This document shows positions 25,397 to 33,193 of a DNA stretch of 37,485 bases, in pieces. The notes under the pieces are model-generated. The model had not been told where the DNA came from. It searched no databases and worked only from the letters and a program-made list of their open reading frames with translations. The position numbers were made by a program, and so were the translations under genes. Each line of letters starts with the position of its first letter. Position 1 is the stretch's first letter. The stretch is from a virus (Duplodnaviria; Caudoviricetes): IMG/VR virus record IMGVR_UViG_3300046009_011433, positions 1 through 37,485 of that record, one strand, 5' to 3'.

Positions 25397-25538
25397 TTAT
25401 CATTACTTTCTTTTCTAGTTCCTTGACCCTATCTTCTAATCTTTCAAATATTACCAACTGCATAAAAAATGTAAAACATAAAATTGCGGATGCAAATAGA
25501 GCATCGTAATAAGTAAAATATTTTCTTTCGTTATTCAT
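25389..25538 (-). CDS. small membrane protein
   Basis: MNNERKYF start; one hydrophobic helix followed by a coiled coil. Confidence 0.5.
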   Translation of the reverse strand: MNNERKYFTYYDALFASAILCFTFFMQLVIFERLEDRVKELEKKVMINE

Positions 25539-25776
25539 CTTTTCCTTTCCCCCATCCTCCACCATTTTTATATTCCTTAAGAATTGACTGATTGGATTGA
25601 ACGTGGTCTTTATAAATTTCATTTAACCTGTGTTGCATTGGAAAATGCTTCAAGACTCTTGCTGCTCGTTCTCTAATTTCAGAGGGAACTTTGGGGGTGT
25701 GTGCGGCATTCAAGAGATCATATAAAAAGTTTTTTGTTGCTACCAAACTTTGGTATTCTTCGTGTGGTAATGTCAT
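25531..25776 (-). CDS. BPSL0761-like protein
   Basis: MTLPHEE...FLYDLL...PKVPSEIRERAARVLKHFP pattern. Confidence 0.7.
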   Translation of the reverse strand: MTLPHEEYQSLVATKNFLYDLLNAAHTPKVPSEIRERAARVLKHFPMQHRLNEIYKDHVQSNQSILKEYKNGGGWGKGKDE

Positions 25777-26072
25777 TAGTGTAACCCCAGCTCTTCATCT
25801 AGATTAGCAAACCTGTCAAGGGCTTCATTTGGCTTATTCCACCTATCTTGATATGCTTGTTCTCTTTCAAGAGTTTTAAACTTTTTCATGTGAGAACATG
25901 AACAAAAATGAAATTCATCAGAGTCAGGATGAATAAGAAGATCATCCCATTCATCACAGAAATGCCATCCTTCTTTCATCTCATCTTCAGAAAGACGAAT
26001 GCAAGGACCTGTGCCTTCCATAAGGCACTTGTAACGCTCAATGGGCATTCCATAAAAAGTTTTATCTGACAT
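25776..26072 (-). CDS. hypothetical protein (GWHFCDEWDDLLI..E...C.C motif)
   Basis: Start revised to MSDKTF, 2 nt after tRNA-Glu. Confidence 0.65.
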   Translation of the reverse strand: MSDKTFYGMPIERYKCLMEGTGPCIRLSEDEMKEGWHFCDEWDDLLIHPDSDEFHFCSCSHMKKFKTLEREQAYQDRWNKPNEALDRFANLDEELGLH

Positions 26073-26074
26073 AA

Positions 26075-26148
26075 TGATCCCTACGGGATTCGAACCCATG
26101 TTATGGCCTTGAAAGGGCCGTGTCCTAGACCAACTAGACGAAGGGACC
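26075..26148 (-). tRNA. tRNA-Glu(TTC)
   Basis: GGTCCCT/AGGGATC acceptor, GGCC-CTTTCAA-GGCC anticodon arm, GGGTTCGAATCCC T-arm. Confidence 0.9.
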
Positions 26149-26151
26149 AGT

Positions 26152-26316
26152 TCACTCGTACTTAGCCTTGATTTCAAGAGCAAGGAAAGCAACAATCATT
26201 CCAACTACGCTTCCAACCACAGCACCCTCATAGTTCTTGTGGAATACAAAACCAACGAAGTTGATGGCAAGGAGAATGAGCATAGGAACCATTAGTTTGT
26301 TTAAAAGCTGTTTCAT
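26152..26316 (-). CDS. small two-helix membrane protein
   Basis: MKQLLNK start lies 6 nt after the -10 box. Confidence 0.6.
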   Translation of the reverse strand: MKQLLNKLMVPMLILLAINFVGFVFHKNYEGAVVGSVVGMIVAFLALEIKAKYE

Positions 26317-26322
26317 AGTTAT

Positions 26323-26350
26323 AGTATACCTCACCAATGTATGTTGTCAA
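26323..26350 (-). promoter_or_regulatory. sigma70-like promoter TTGACA-N16-TATACT
   Basis: Read on the reverse strand. Confidence 0.75.
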
Positions 26351-26354
26351 GTAA

Positions 26355-26428
26355 TCGGGCATGCTGGATTTGAACCAACGACATCTTGCTCCCAAAGCAA
26401 GCACTCTACCAAGCTGAGTTAATGCCCG
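26355..26428 (-). tRNA. tRNA-Pro(TGG)
   Basis: CGGGCAT/ATGCCCG acceptor, CTTGC-TTTGGGA-GCAAG anticodon arm, GGTTCAAATCC T-arm. Confidence 0.92.
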
Positions 26429-26755
26429 TTACTCCATATCCGTAGTGCGAAAGAGTTTGTTGTTTGAGTCTGCTTCCATCTTTGCATGGTCATCGTCGCC
26501 AACAAAGAATTCCTCCTTGAAGCAATCCCAACCACGCCGATTCGCAACTTGATTTGCTGTGCATGGTGGTGATGGTGAAGGGCGATACGCTTCATCCCTG
26601 CACACCTCCCGCCTCGCCTCGTCGCGCTCACGCTCCAACTCACAGATCCTTTCATAGCCGTGAGAAATTATATTGATAACTTCGGGACTGAGACACCAGT
26701 TCTTGGAAAGTAGACGCAGTTCGCTTGCAACATCTTCAGGCTTGATCTTCTTCAT
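26429..26755 (-). CDS. hypothetical protein (ERERDEARREVC motif)
   Basis: 108 aa; ATGA overlap upstream; stop abuts tRNA-Pro. Confidence 0.6.
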   Translation of the reverse strand: MKKIKPEDVASELRLLSKNWCLSPEVINIISHGYERICELERERDEARREVCRDEAYRPSPSPPCTANQVANRRGWDCFKEEFFVGDDDHAKMEADSNNKLFRTTDME

Positions 26756-27183
26756 GGCATCATATTTCTGTTGTAGGGGATGTATTCATCCTTTGCACAC
26801 TCAGAGCAGAGAGTCTTCAGCCAGAAGCCACCCGTAGACACATGGACAACTCCGCGCTTTGCACAGACTTCACAAGTATTGGCGCTCTGAACCTCTGCAT
26901 CGTCAATATCCATCATCATCTCATCGCTTGCTGCTCCACTCACATAAAATCGCAGAGTACCAAACTTCTCCTTTATCTGATCTATGCGGAATGGAAACTC
27001 ACAGTCTACAAACTTCTCAGGATTGGCAGCAAGGTGATCTTCAAGTCTTGAAAGAAGAATAGTAATAATCTTGTTCCAACCGGGCTGGATCTCAAGCCAA
27101 TGCATACAACAGCCCTTGTGCTTGAAGCACAGAGGGTACTGCTTCTCAAGATCCTCAAGAACGAGAATATGCTTTTCCATCAC
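26752..27183 (-). CDS. conserved phage protein with QIKEKFGTLRFY motif and C-terminal CxxC..CxxC zinc site
   Basis: Motif read in the translation. Confidence 0.75.
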   Translation of the reverse strand: MMEKHILVLEDLEKQYPLCFKHKGCCMHWLEIQPGWNKIITILLSRLEDHLAANPEKFVDCEFPFRIDQIKEKFGTLRFYVSGAASDEMMMDIDDAEVQSANTCEVCAKRGVVHVSTGGFWLKTLCSECAKDEYIPYNRNMMP

Positions 27184-27380
27184 TTGCCTGCGGTGATCGT
27201 GATCTTGCCTGCCATCAGAATGGCCGATACAGCCATCATCAGAGCACCCGACATCAGAATGGCAACCATGGCAACATCAACCATTGCACCCAATACGCCC
27301 TTGTAAGGGAATACCTTGAGGATCATGGGCTGCGGGTTGGACTTGACGGCGACCTTCTTCTTTGCAATTTTTTTAGTCAT
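27180..27380 (-). CDS. small membrane protein
   Basis: Basic N-terminus followed by a long hydrophobic stretch. Confidence 0.5.
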   Translation of the reverse strand: MTKKIAKKKVAVKSNPQPMILKVFPYKGVLGAMVDVAMVAILMSGALMMAVSAILMAGKITITAGK

Positions 27381-27527
27381 AGCGATTCCTTTTTTCAATA
27401 AAGTAGATGATTAGATCCCCCACAAATATGGTTATCACAGGAAGAAACACACAAAGAGCAAACCAATAAATTTGTGGGGGATGTTGGTCCATTCGACTGT
27501 CAGAGTATACACATATACGCAGCTCAG

Positions 27528-28631
27528 TCAAGCATTGTTGGCAATAATTCTCTCGCCAATCCATTCCATGCAGTTGACTGCCATGCTGTTTCCGAGAGCC
27601 CGATAACGATGACCATCAGGGCACTCAGATTTTCCACGCCAAGGAATTAAAGTATAATCGTCGGGGAATCCCTGAAGTCTTTCACATTCACGTGGAGTCA
27701 ATTTTCTGACTCTTGTGGTCTGCGCTGTCGGAACAGAAACAAACAAACCACATTCATCACCCGATGGACCACCAGATCCCTTTGCCCACTTGCTGGTCAC
27801 GGTATCAGAACAACTAGGATCATTCCCACCATAACAGGGAACATCTACGATGGCAGCAAATGAAGCATTGTCTCTTGCCAATGTATGGCAAGGATCTCCA
27901 AAGCCACGACTCTGCTTGTTCAGAGGTTCTGTGATCTTGAACAGGTCGTAGGGGACGGGGATGTAAGTGTCTCCATCTTCTCTGAGTCTTGCGCAGCGCC
28001 TTCCTGCAAGGCACTTAGCAATATCTTTGGTAGGATCTTCCCCCGCTTTTCTGCGCGGATTAGAATGCCTTTGCAGGCTTTGGGACTCAAAAAGAACTTT
28101 TGCGGCACTGGTTGGGTTTCCAAGACATCCGACAACGAAGACACGTCGCCGTCGCTGCGGGACGGCAAAGGGATGCCCGTGTGTTCTGACCCACTGAGCG
28201 TCCAAGACTCTGTAGGCCCACCCATACCCCAAGTCTCCCAACGCCCCGAGGAAGGTACCAAAATCCCTTCCTCCGTTGCTTGACAAGACACCGGAGACAT
28301 TTTCCCAAACGATCCACTTGGGGCGATAACTCCTAGCGATCTCAAGATAGGTGAGCATGAGTCCACCACGGGGGTCGGAGAGTCCTCCTCTGAATCCTGC
28401 CAAAGAGAAGGACTGGCACGGAGTGCCCCCGACGAGGAGGTCAACTTGTTCTTTGATTTCCCATTTTTCATAATTTTTCATGTCTCCAAAGTTTGGAACA
28501 GTCGGGTAATGGTGGGCCAGTACAGCAGAAGGAAACTTATCAATCTCGCTGAACCCTACCGGAACCCAACCAAACGGATGCCAAGCAACCGTTGCGGCCT
28601 CAATACCCGAGCAGACAGAGAGATATCGCAT
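27528..28631 (-). CDS. dcm: DNA (cytosine-5) methyltransferase
   Basis: SVCSGIEA, GGTPCQSFS, WENV, PQRRRRVF, RKLTPRECERLQGFPD and ALGNS motifs; start placed at MRYLS. Confidence 0.95.
   Translation of the reverse strand: MRYLSVCSGIEAATVAWHPFGWVPVGFSEIDKFPSAVLAHHYPTVPNFGDMKNYEKWEIKEQVDLLVGGTPCQSFSLAGFRGGLSDPRGGLMLTYLEIARSYRPKWIVWENVSGVLSSNGGRDFGTFLGALGDLGYGWAYRVLDAQWVRTHGHPFAVPQRRRRVFVVGCLGNPTSAAKVLFESQSLQRHSNPRRKAGEDPTKDIAKCLAGRRCARLREDGDTYIPVPYDLFKITEPLNKQSRGFGDPCHTLARDNASFAAIVDVPCYGGNDPSCSDTVTSKWAKGSGGPSGDECGLFVSVPTAQTTRVRKLTPRECERLQGFPDDYTLIPWRGKSECPDGHRYRALGNSMAVNCMEWIGERIIANNA
27920..28471 (-). CDS. nested alternative-frame ORF, M.EcoHK31I beta-polypeptide-like
   Basis: Same strand as dcm in a different frame; SLSDVLET...FFLSPKACKGILIRAEKRGK motif. 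True start uncertain. Confidence 0.55.
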   Translation of the reverse strand: MKNGKSKNKLTSSSGALRASPSLWQDSEEDSPTPVVDSCSPILRSLGVIAPSGSFGKMSPVSCQATEEGILVPSSGRWETWGMGGPTESWTLSGSEHTGIPLPSRSDGDVSSLSDVLETQPVPQKFFLSPKACKGILIRAEKRGKILPKILLSALQEGAAQDSEKMETLTSPSPTTCSRSQNL

Positions 28632-28637
28632 GGCCAT

Positions 28638-28665
28638 ATTATAACAGCAGTCGATCTACAGTCAA
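28638..28665 (-). promoter_or_regulatory. sigma70-like promoter TTGACT-N16-TATAAT with TG extended -10
   Basis: 6 nt before ATG 28631; back-to-back with CTAAATA at 28666-28672 on the plus strand. Confidence 0.75.
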
Positions 28666-28689
28666 CTAAATATCTTTACGGGAAATACC

Positions 28690-29739
28690 ATGATCAAATT
28701 TAAACAATTCTTGAATGAAGCACTTGATGAATCGGCAATGAAATTTTACAGATATTTTGATTTCTTGACGGAAGCCAATATTTCCCTACCTCAAGTCGAT
28801 ACATCAGTCAGTTGGGGCACAATAAAAAGAGGATTTGATCAGGCAAAAGATCCCATCAACAGAAAAAAATTGGCAAAAGAAGGAAGAAAAAAGAGAGGCA
28901 TTCTTCTTGGCCAAGAAGGAAGCAACCCTAAACTTGCAAAAGAAGCAGAAAATGTTCCTACGTACATAACAAAGGGTCTTTCTCTTTCACCATCAGATGA
29001 GTCGGGCAGAATCAATACTTGTGCTTGTGCAACCCAAGAATGCAAGGCTGCTTGCTTGAACAAGGCTGGTCGTGGAGCTATGACATTCACTCAAAACGCA
29101 AGATTGAACAAAACAAATTTCATGATTGACAATCCCGGTCATTTTATGGGAATGCTTCATGATGAAATTGCTGCACACGCAAGATCTGCTGCAAAGCAGG
29201 GAAAAAGAGCAGCAGTCAGATTGAATGTTGTTTCTGACATTGCATATGAAAAATTACATCCTGAAATTTTTCATGAAAATAAAGATGTTCAATTCTATGA
29301 TTACACAAAAATTGCTGGAAGAGTTTTGAATCCAGATGGAACTCCAAAGAAACTTCCAGATAATTATCACCTTACTCTTTCATCGACCGGCATACATAAA
29401 GGTTCAAACTGGTCAGATGCAAGACAACATTTGAACAATGGTGGAGTCGTGGCAATGGTCTTTGCTGTTCCTGCTGCAAGAGGCGGGAAACCCGGTGGTG
29501 ACTTGCCAACCCATGTAGTAGATTCAAAGACGGGAAAACGTTTCAGAGTTATTGATGGTGATTTGCATGACCACAGACATTTGGATCATGTATACAACGA
29601 TGCACAACCGGGCGAAGGATTGATTGCAGGATTGAGAATCAAGGGTGGAGCAAAAATGTTGGCGAAGGCAGGAGATTTTGCCGTCAAAGTTCCCACAGGT
29701 CAAAACGAAATAGTCGTTCCAGATCACGACAAACCATAA
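28690..29739 (+). CDS. GP88-like (Cys-cluster, radical-SAM-like) protein with head-targeting-like leader
   Basis: TCACATQECKAACLNKAGRG, VRLNVVSDI, QFYDYTK, NYHLTLS and IDGDLHD motifs; N-terminus MIKFKQFLNE. Confidence 0.75.
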   Translation: MIKFKQFLNEALDESAMKFYRYFDFLTEANISLPQVDTSVSWGTIKRGFDQAKDPINRKKLAKEGRKKRGILLGQEGSNPKLAKEAENVPTYITKGLSLSPSDESGRINTCACATQECKAACLNKAGRGAMTFTQNARLNKTNFMIDNPGHFMGMLHDEIAAHARSAAKQGKRAAVRLNVVSDIAYEKLHPEIFHENKDVQFYDYTKIAGRVLNPDGTPKKLPDNYHLTLSSTGIHKGSNWSDARQHLNNGGVVAMVFAVPAARGGKPGGDLPTHVVDSKTGKRFRVIDGDLHDHRHLDHVYNDAQPGEGLIAGLRIKGGAKMLAKAGDFAVKVPTGQNEIVVPDHDKP

Positions 29740-29763
29740 AATTCAAGGAAAATAAATAATATT

Positions 29764-30498
29764 ATGCAACACTCAAACGAACACAAGCAATCAAAAATTT
29801 TGGTCGAAGGCATGATGTACGGGGGTTTTCCAAGAATTGCCAAGACAAAGCAAGAATTGCTGAACGAACTCAATGTTTATTCTCCACTTGAAACAGCAGC
29901 CGTATCTCCTGCTGAACAAGAACAAAGAGCCTACGGAGAACACACACCAGCTTCAGAGAGAGCATTGAGAAGAGGTGATTTGCTGACTCACATGAGAGCC
30001 GCACAAATACACCCAGACTCAACAATGGAAGAAATGGATGCAATCGAAAGAGTGTTGATGGATGCAAGAGTCAAAGACGGAAAGATGGCGTCTGCCGATC
30101 ATGCCAAAATTGCATTGAGAGCAGTTGAAAGATTGAGAGACAACAAGGGCTTTGACAAGATCGTCAAGCACTTGATTTCTCAGCATATGCCTTCTGCTGC
30201 AGCAACAGAAGTTTCTTCCACTCCTGCAAAATTTAATGAAGTTGGAGCACCTGCCGTTGACGAATATGATTTGGGAACAATCGAAACAAGAATTGGCAGA
30301 GAAATCGGAAGAACAAAGGCAGGCTCAGACGTAAGTTCATTCGCCGCAGATGTCGGTAGACGAGCCTACAAGACATTCAGACCACCATCGGAAAGTTGGG
30401 GTTTGATCAAGAGAATTCGTGACGCAAGAGAAATGCAGGATGTTGTTAGAAAATCTGCTGTCAGAACTGCAGATGCAATTGTTAGAGACATCAGATGA
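29764..30498 (+). CDS. late hypothetical protein with SKILVEGMMYGGFPR leader
   Basis: 244 aa; ATAAATA 5 nt upstream. Confidence 0.7.
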   Translation: MQHSNEHKQSKILVEGMMYGGFPRIAKTKQELLNELNVYSPLETAAVSPAEQEQRAYGEHTPASERALRRGDLLTHMRAAQIHPDSTMEEMDAIERVLMDARVKDGKMASADHAKIALRAVERLRDNKGFDKIVKHLISQHMPSAAATEVSSTPAKFNEVGAPAVDEYDLGTIETRIGREIGRTKAGSDVSSFAADVGRRAYKTFRPPSESWGLIKRIRDAREMQDVVRKSAVRTADAIVRDIR

Positions 30499-30644
30499 AA
30501 ACCTTCAAGGAGTTTCTAGAAAATTATGATGTTTACCTAGACAAACCTATGGGATTCAAGAAGCCCGAAGATACCGAGCCAGCGGAGGAAGAAACTGATG
30601 AATCCGTTGCCCAAGAAGAAAACGCCAACGAAGTGAAGAAATGA
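30495..30644 (+). CDS. 49 aa acidic peptide MKTFKEFLEN..., absent from ORF track
   Basis: Translated by hand; ATGA overlaps at both ends exactly fill the gap between neighbours. Confidence 0.75.
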   Translation: MKTFKEFLENYDVYLDKPMGFKKPEDTEPAEEETDESVAQEENANEVKK

Positions 30645-31186
30645 AAACTTTCAAGCAATTTTTATTCGAAGCTGCCCAAGAGTTCAGTTCTGCAGCAACC
30701 AGCATCAACAAGACCAAACTTCCTGAAGCCTATTCAACCATTCATAAGAAGATTGGTTGGCAAAGAGGCACTACCCACATAGATATCGGTGGTGGAAAGT
30801 TTGACAACGCAGTGGATTTTTTGAGAGGTCTGGGTGTCGATGCTCATGTATTTGATCCATTCAATCGAACCCCGGAACACAATCAAAGAGTAATGGAAAC
30901 CGTTGGAGAAGAAGGTGCAGACACTGCTTCTCTATTCAATGTTCTGAATGTCATCAAGGAACCCGAGTACCGGGAAGAAGCATTGAGAACAGCACACAAG
31001 TCACTCAAACCCGGTGGAAGAGTATTCGTATCAATATACGAAGGTGACAGGTCAGGAGTTGGGAAGAAAACAAAATCAGATTCTTGGCAGAACAATATGC
31101 CAACTGCAGCACATCTTTCTGAAGTACAGAAAATATTCCCAAACGCCAAAATTCAGCATGGAATAATCCATGCAACCAAAGAATGA
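30641..31186 (+). CDS. class I SAM-dependent methyltransferase with MKTFKQFLFE leader
   Basis: HIDIGGG, VFDPF, FNVLNVI and LKPGGRV motifs. Confidence 0.85.
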   Translation: MKTFKQFLFEAAQEFSSAATSINKTKLPEAYSTIHKKIGWQRGTTHIDIGGGKFDNAVDFLRGLGVDAHVFDPFNRTPEHNQRVMETVGEEGADTASLFNVLNVIKEPEYREEALRTAHKSLKPGGRVFVSIYEGDRSGVGKKTKSDSWQNNMPTAAHLSEVQKIFPNAKIQHGIIHATKE

Positions 31187-31788
31187 AAAAGTTTAAACAA
31201 TACTTGATGGAAACCAAATCTTTCTCTTTGGAAGATAAATTTCATGGATTGTTGAAAAAACAAAAACCCCTTACTCCAGACGCAAAAGAAATGATGGATG
31301 AGTGGATGGGAGGGTTTTCAATGGAAGTAAACGACCATCTTCGTGGGCGAAATACTTCCAACCCTTCTATGAATCAATTCATCAGGGACTATGATAAAAT
31401 TATTGAAGAACATGGAATTGAACTTGAAGAACCGTTGACAGTCTACAGAGCCACCCCTCATGGGAAATCAACCAAGCATACTGGATTTTTATCTACCTCT
31501 TTGGATCCAAGATTTGCAGTAGGAGTTGCGTCAGGCAAAGAAATCCCTGAATGGTCGGAAAGAGCCGCAGAACACAAAATTTTAAGAATTACCATTCCAA
31601 AAGGCCAAAGAGTAATGCCAGTAGACGCTCGCCACACAAAAGGAAGCAAACTTGCAGACTATTCGAAAGAATATGAAATTTTATTGCCACGGGGAGTAAA
31701 TTTAGAAGTACACCCCAATCCAACAAAAGTAAAAATTGGAAGTGAATTAAGAAATTTACATAATGCAACTATAAAGGAAAATCAATGA
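31183..31788 (+). CDS. ADP-ribosyltransferase (R-S-E class, VIP2/Alt-like) with MKKFKQYLME leader
   Basis: VYR, GFLSTSL and EYEILLPRG motifs. Confidence 0.85.
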   Translation: MKKFKQYLMETKSFSLEDKFHGLLKKQKPLTPDAKEMMDEWMGGFSMEVNDHLRGRNTSNPSMNQFIRDYDKIIEEHGIELEEPLTVYRATPHGKSTKHTGFLSTSLDPRFAVGVASGKEIPEWSERAAEHKILRITIPKGQRVMPVDARHTKGSKLADYSKEYEILLPRGVNLEVHPNPTKVKIGSELRNLHNATIKENQ

Positions 31789-32087
31789 CAAAATTTATTC
31801 CTTACATCTTCGCAGCAATACTTTTCTTCACCCCCAGACCAACAATGGGTGAAACTTTTATAGTCCCCATAGACGATATACTCATGGAGATTCCCTACTT
31901 CACTAATGCACCTGAATACAACTTCAACAACGGAATGCAAGGGAATCTACCAGTAGGAAATTCTACCAAGCAACCAAGAAACAAAGTATCAGAGCAGGAG
32001 ATATTAGATGTTGCATGGATGATATATCCAAACGCAGAGAATATCAAAGTTTGGAACAAAAAATTAATAATAAAATTTAAGGACTGA
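31785..32087 (+). CDS. small protein with signal-peptide-like N-terminus
   Basis: MTKFIPYIFAAILFF hydrophobic start; ATGA overlap with the upstream gene. Confidence 0.6.
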   Translation: MTKFIPYIFAAILFFTPRPTMGETFIVPIDDILMEIPYFTNAPEYNFNNGMQGNLPVGNSTKQPRNKVSEQEILDVAWMIYPNAENIKVWNKKLIIKFKD

Positions 32088-32088
32088 T

Positions 32089-32550
32089 ATGAAAACTTTC
32101 AAACAATTCATTTCAGAAGAAGAAAAAATCCTCAGTGCAGCAGACGAAGCCCGAAGAAGGGTTGCCTTTGAAAGAGAGGCAATGGGAATAAAAGACGCAG
32201 ATGTATCCAAGGGAAATACAATCAGGGACATCGGAAGGCACATGAATCAGATTGAATATGAATATTCAAAGAAGTACCCAGAGCAAGCATTGCAAAAATT
32301 CGAAGATGAAGACATAAAAGACGCTGCCTTGGACAAACAAAATCAATTGATCGGCATCGACAATACACTAAATCAATACATTGGTGGCACACCATTGAAA
32401 ACCGCGTTGGACATTCCAATAAGCTGGATGCAATCAAATTATTCCAAAGCAATTGATTCCGCAAGCCAAAGACTCCAAGTAAACCCCACATATAAGTATG
32501 CAAAGACCGAAAGATTAAATGCTGCCAATAAAGAACAGGAGACTAAATAA
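32089..32550 (+). CDS. hypothetical internal-head-like protein, MKTFKQFISEE leader
   Basis: 153 aa with the leader motif. Confidence 0.7.
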   Translation: MKTFKQFISEEEKILSAADEARRRVAFEREAMGIKDADVSKGNTIRDIGRHMNQIEYEYSKKYPEQALQKFEDEDIKDAALDKQNQLIGIDNTLNQYIGGTPLKTALDIPISWMQSNYSKAIDSASQRLQVNPTYKYAKTERLNAANKEQETK

Positions 32551-32554
32551 TCTT

Positions 32555-33187
32555 ATGAAATACTCTCAAAACAAGAATTCAAAAATTTTGATCGAAGGAA
32601 TCGTCTATGGGGGATTCCCACGAACTCAAAACAAAACATTTTTGAGAGAAGAAATTGAAGCGCCTTACAGAAAAGATCCATACACATATGAAATGGGTGC
32701 AGACATGACCCACTCAATTCACAAGGCAGCATCAGACATTCATGACGCTTGGATGAGTCGTCCAAACAATGAAAAACAGGATTACAATGCACATCTACAT
32801 GTTCCATACACAGCTCTTCCAAGAGAAGAACAAGAAAAGGACATCGATCATTTACGAATAATACAAAAAATTCATAATTCCACCCCGGTTCCTATGACTC
32901 ACCCCATTACAGGGGAACGCCTAACAACAGAGGAAGATCGCCAAGCAGCCCATTCTCATTTGGTAGCCGATGAATTTGGGAGACTTGCACATGAAAAGTG
33001 GAGAGAAGGCTTTGAAGCCAAGAGTGGAAAGGGAACACCCAGAATGAAATCAGCCATCGATGAAAATGGGGAAGAAATTTCAGTAAATATAAATGTTCCT
33101 TGGGAACAACTGCATCCACAATGGAAAGATGAAAATTATCAGGCTGGACTTGCTGCACATGAGGCATTCAAGACTCATTTAACTTAA
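32555..33187 (+). CDS. RyR-repeat-like protein with SKILIEGIVYGGFPR leader
   Basis: Two H(D/E)xW...VP(Y/W)..L....(K/E) repeats. Start revised to ATG 32555, 5 nt after CTAAATA. Confidence 0.65.
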   Translation: MKYSQNKNSKILIEGIVYGGFPRTQNKTFLREEIEAPYRKDPYTYEMGADMTHSIHKAASDIHDAWMSRPNNEKQDYNAHLHVPYTALPREEQEKDIDHLRIIQKIHNSTPVPMTHPITGERLTTEEDRQAAHSHLVADEFGRLAHEKWREGFEAKSGKGTPRMKSAIDENGEEISVNINVPWEQLHPQWKDENYQAGLAAHEAFKTHLT

Positions 33188-33193
33188 TTAAAC

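Noticed and set aside
26073-26195. N-terminal extension of ORF 25776..26195
   Set aside because: It reads through tRNA-Glu; ATG 26072 fits better.
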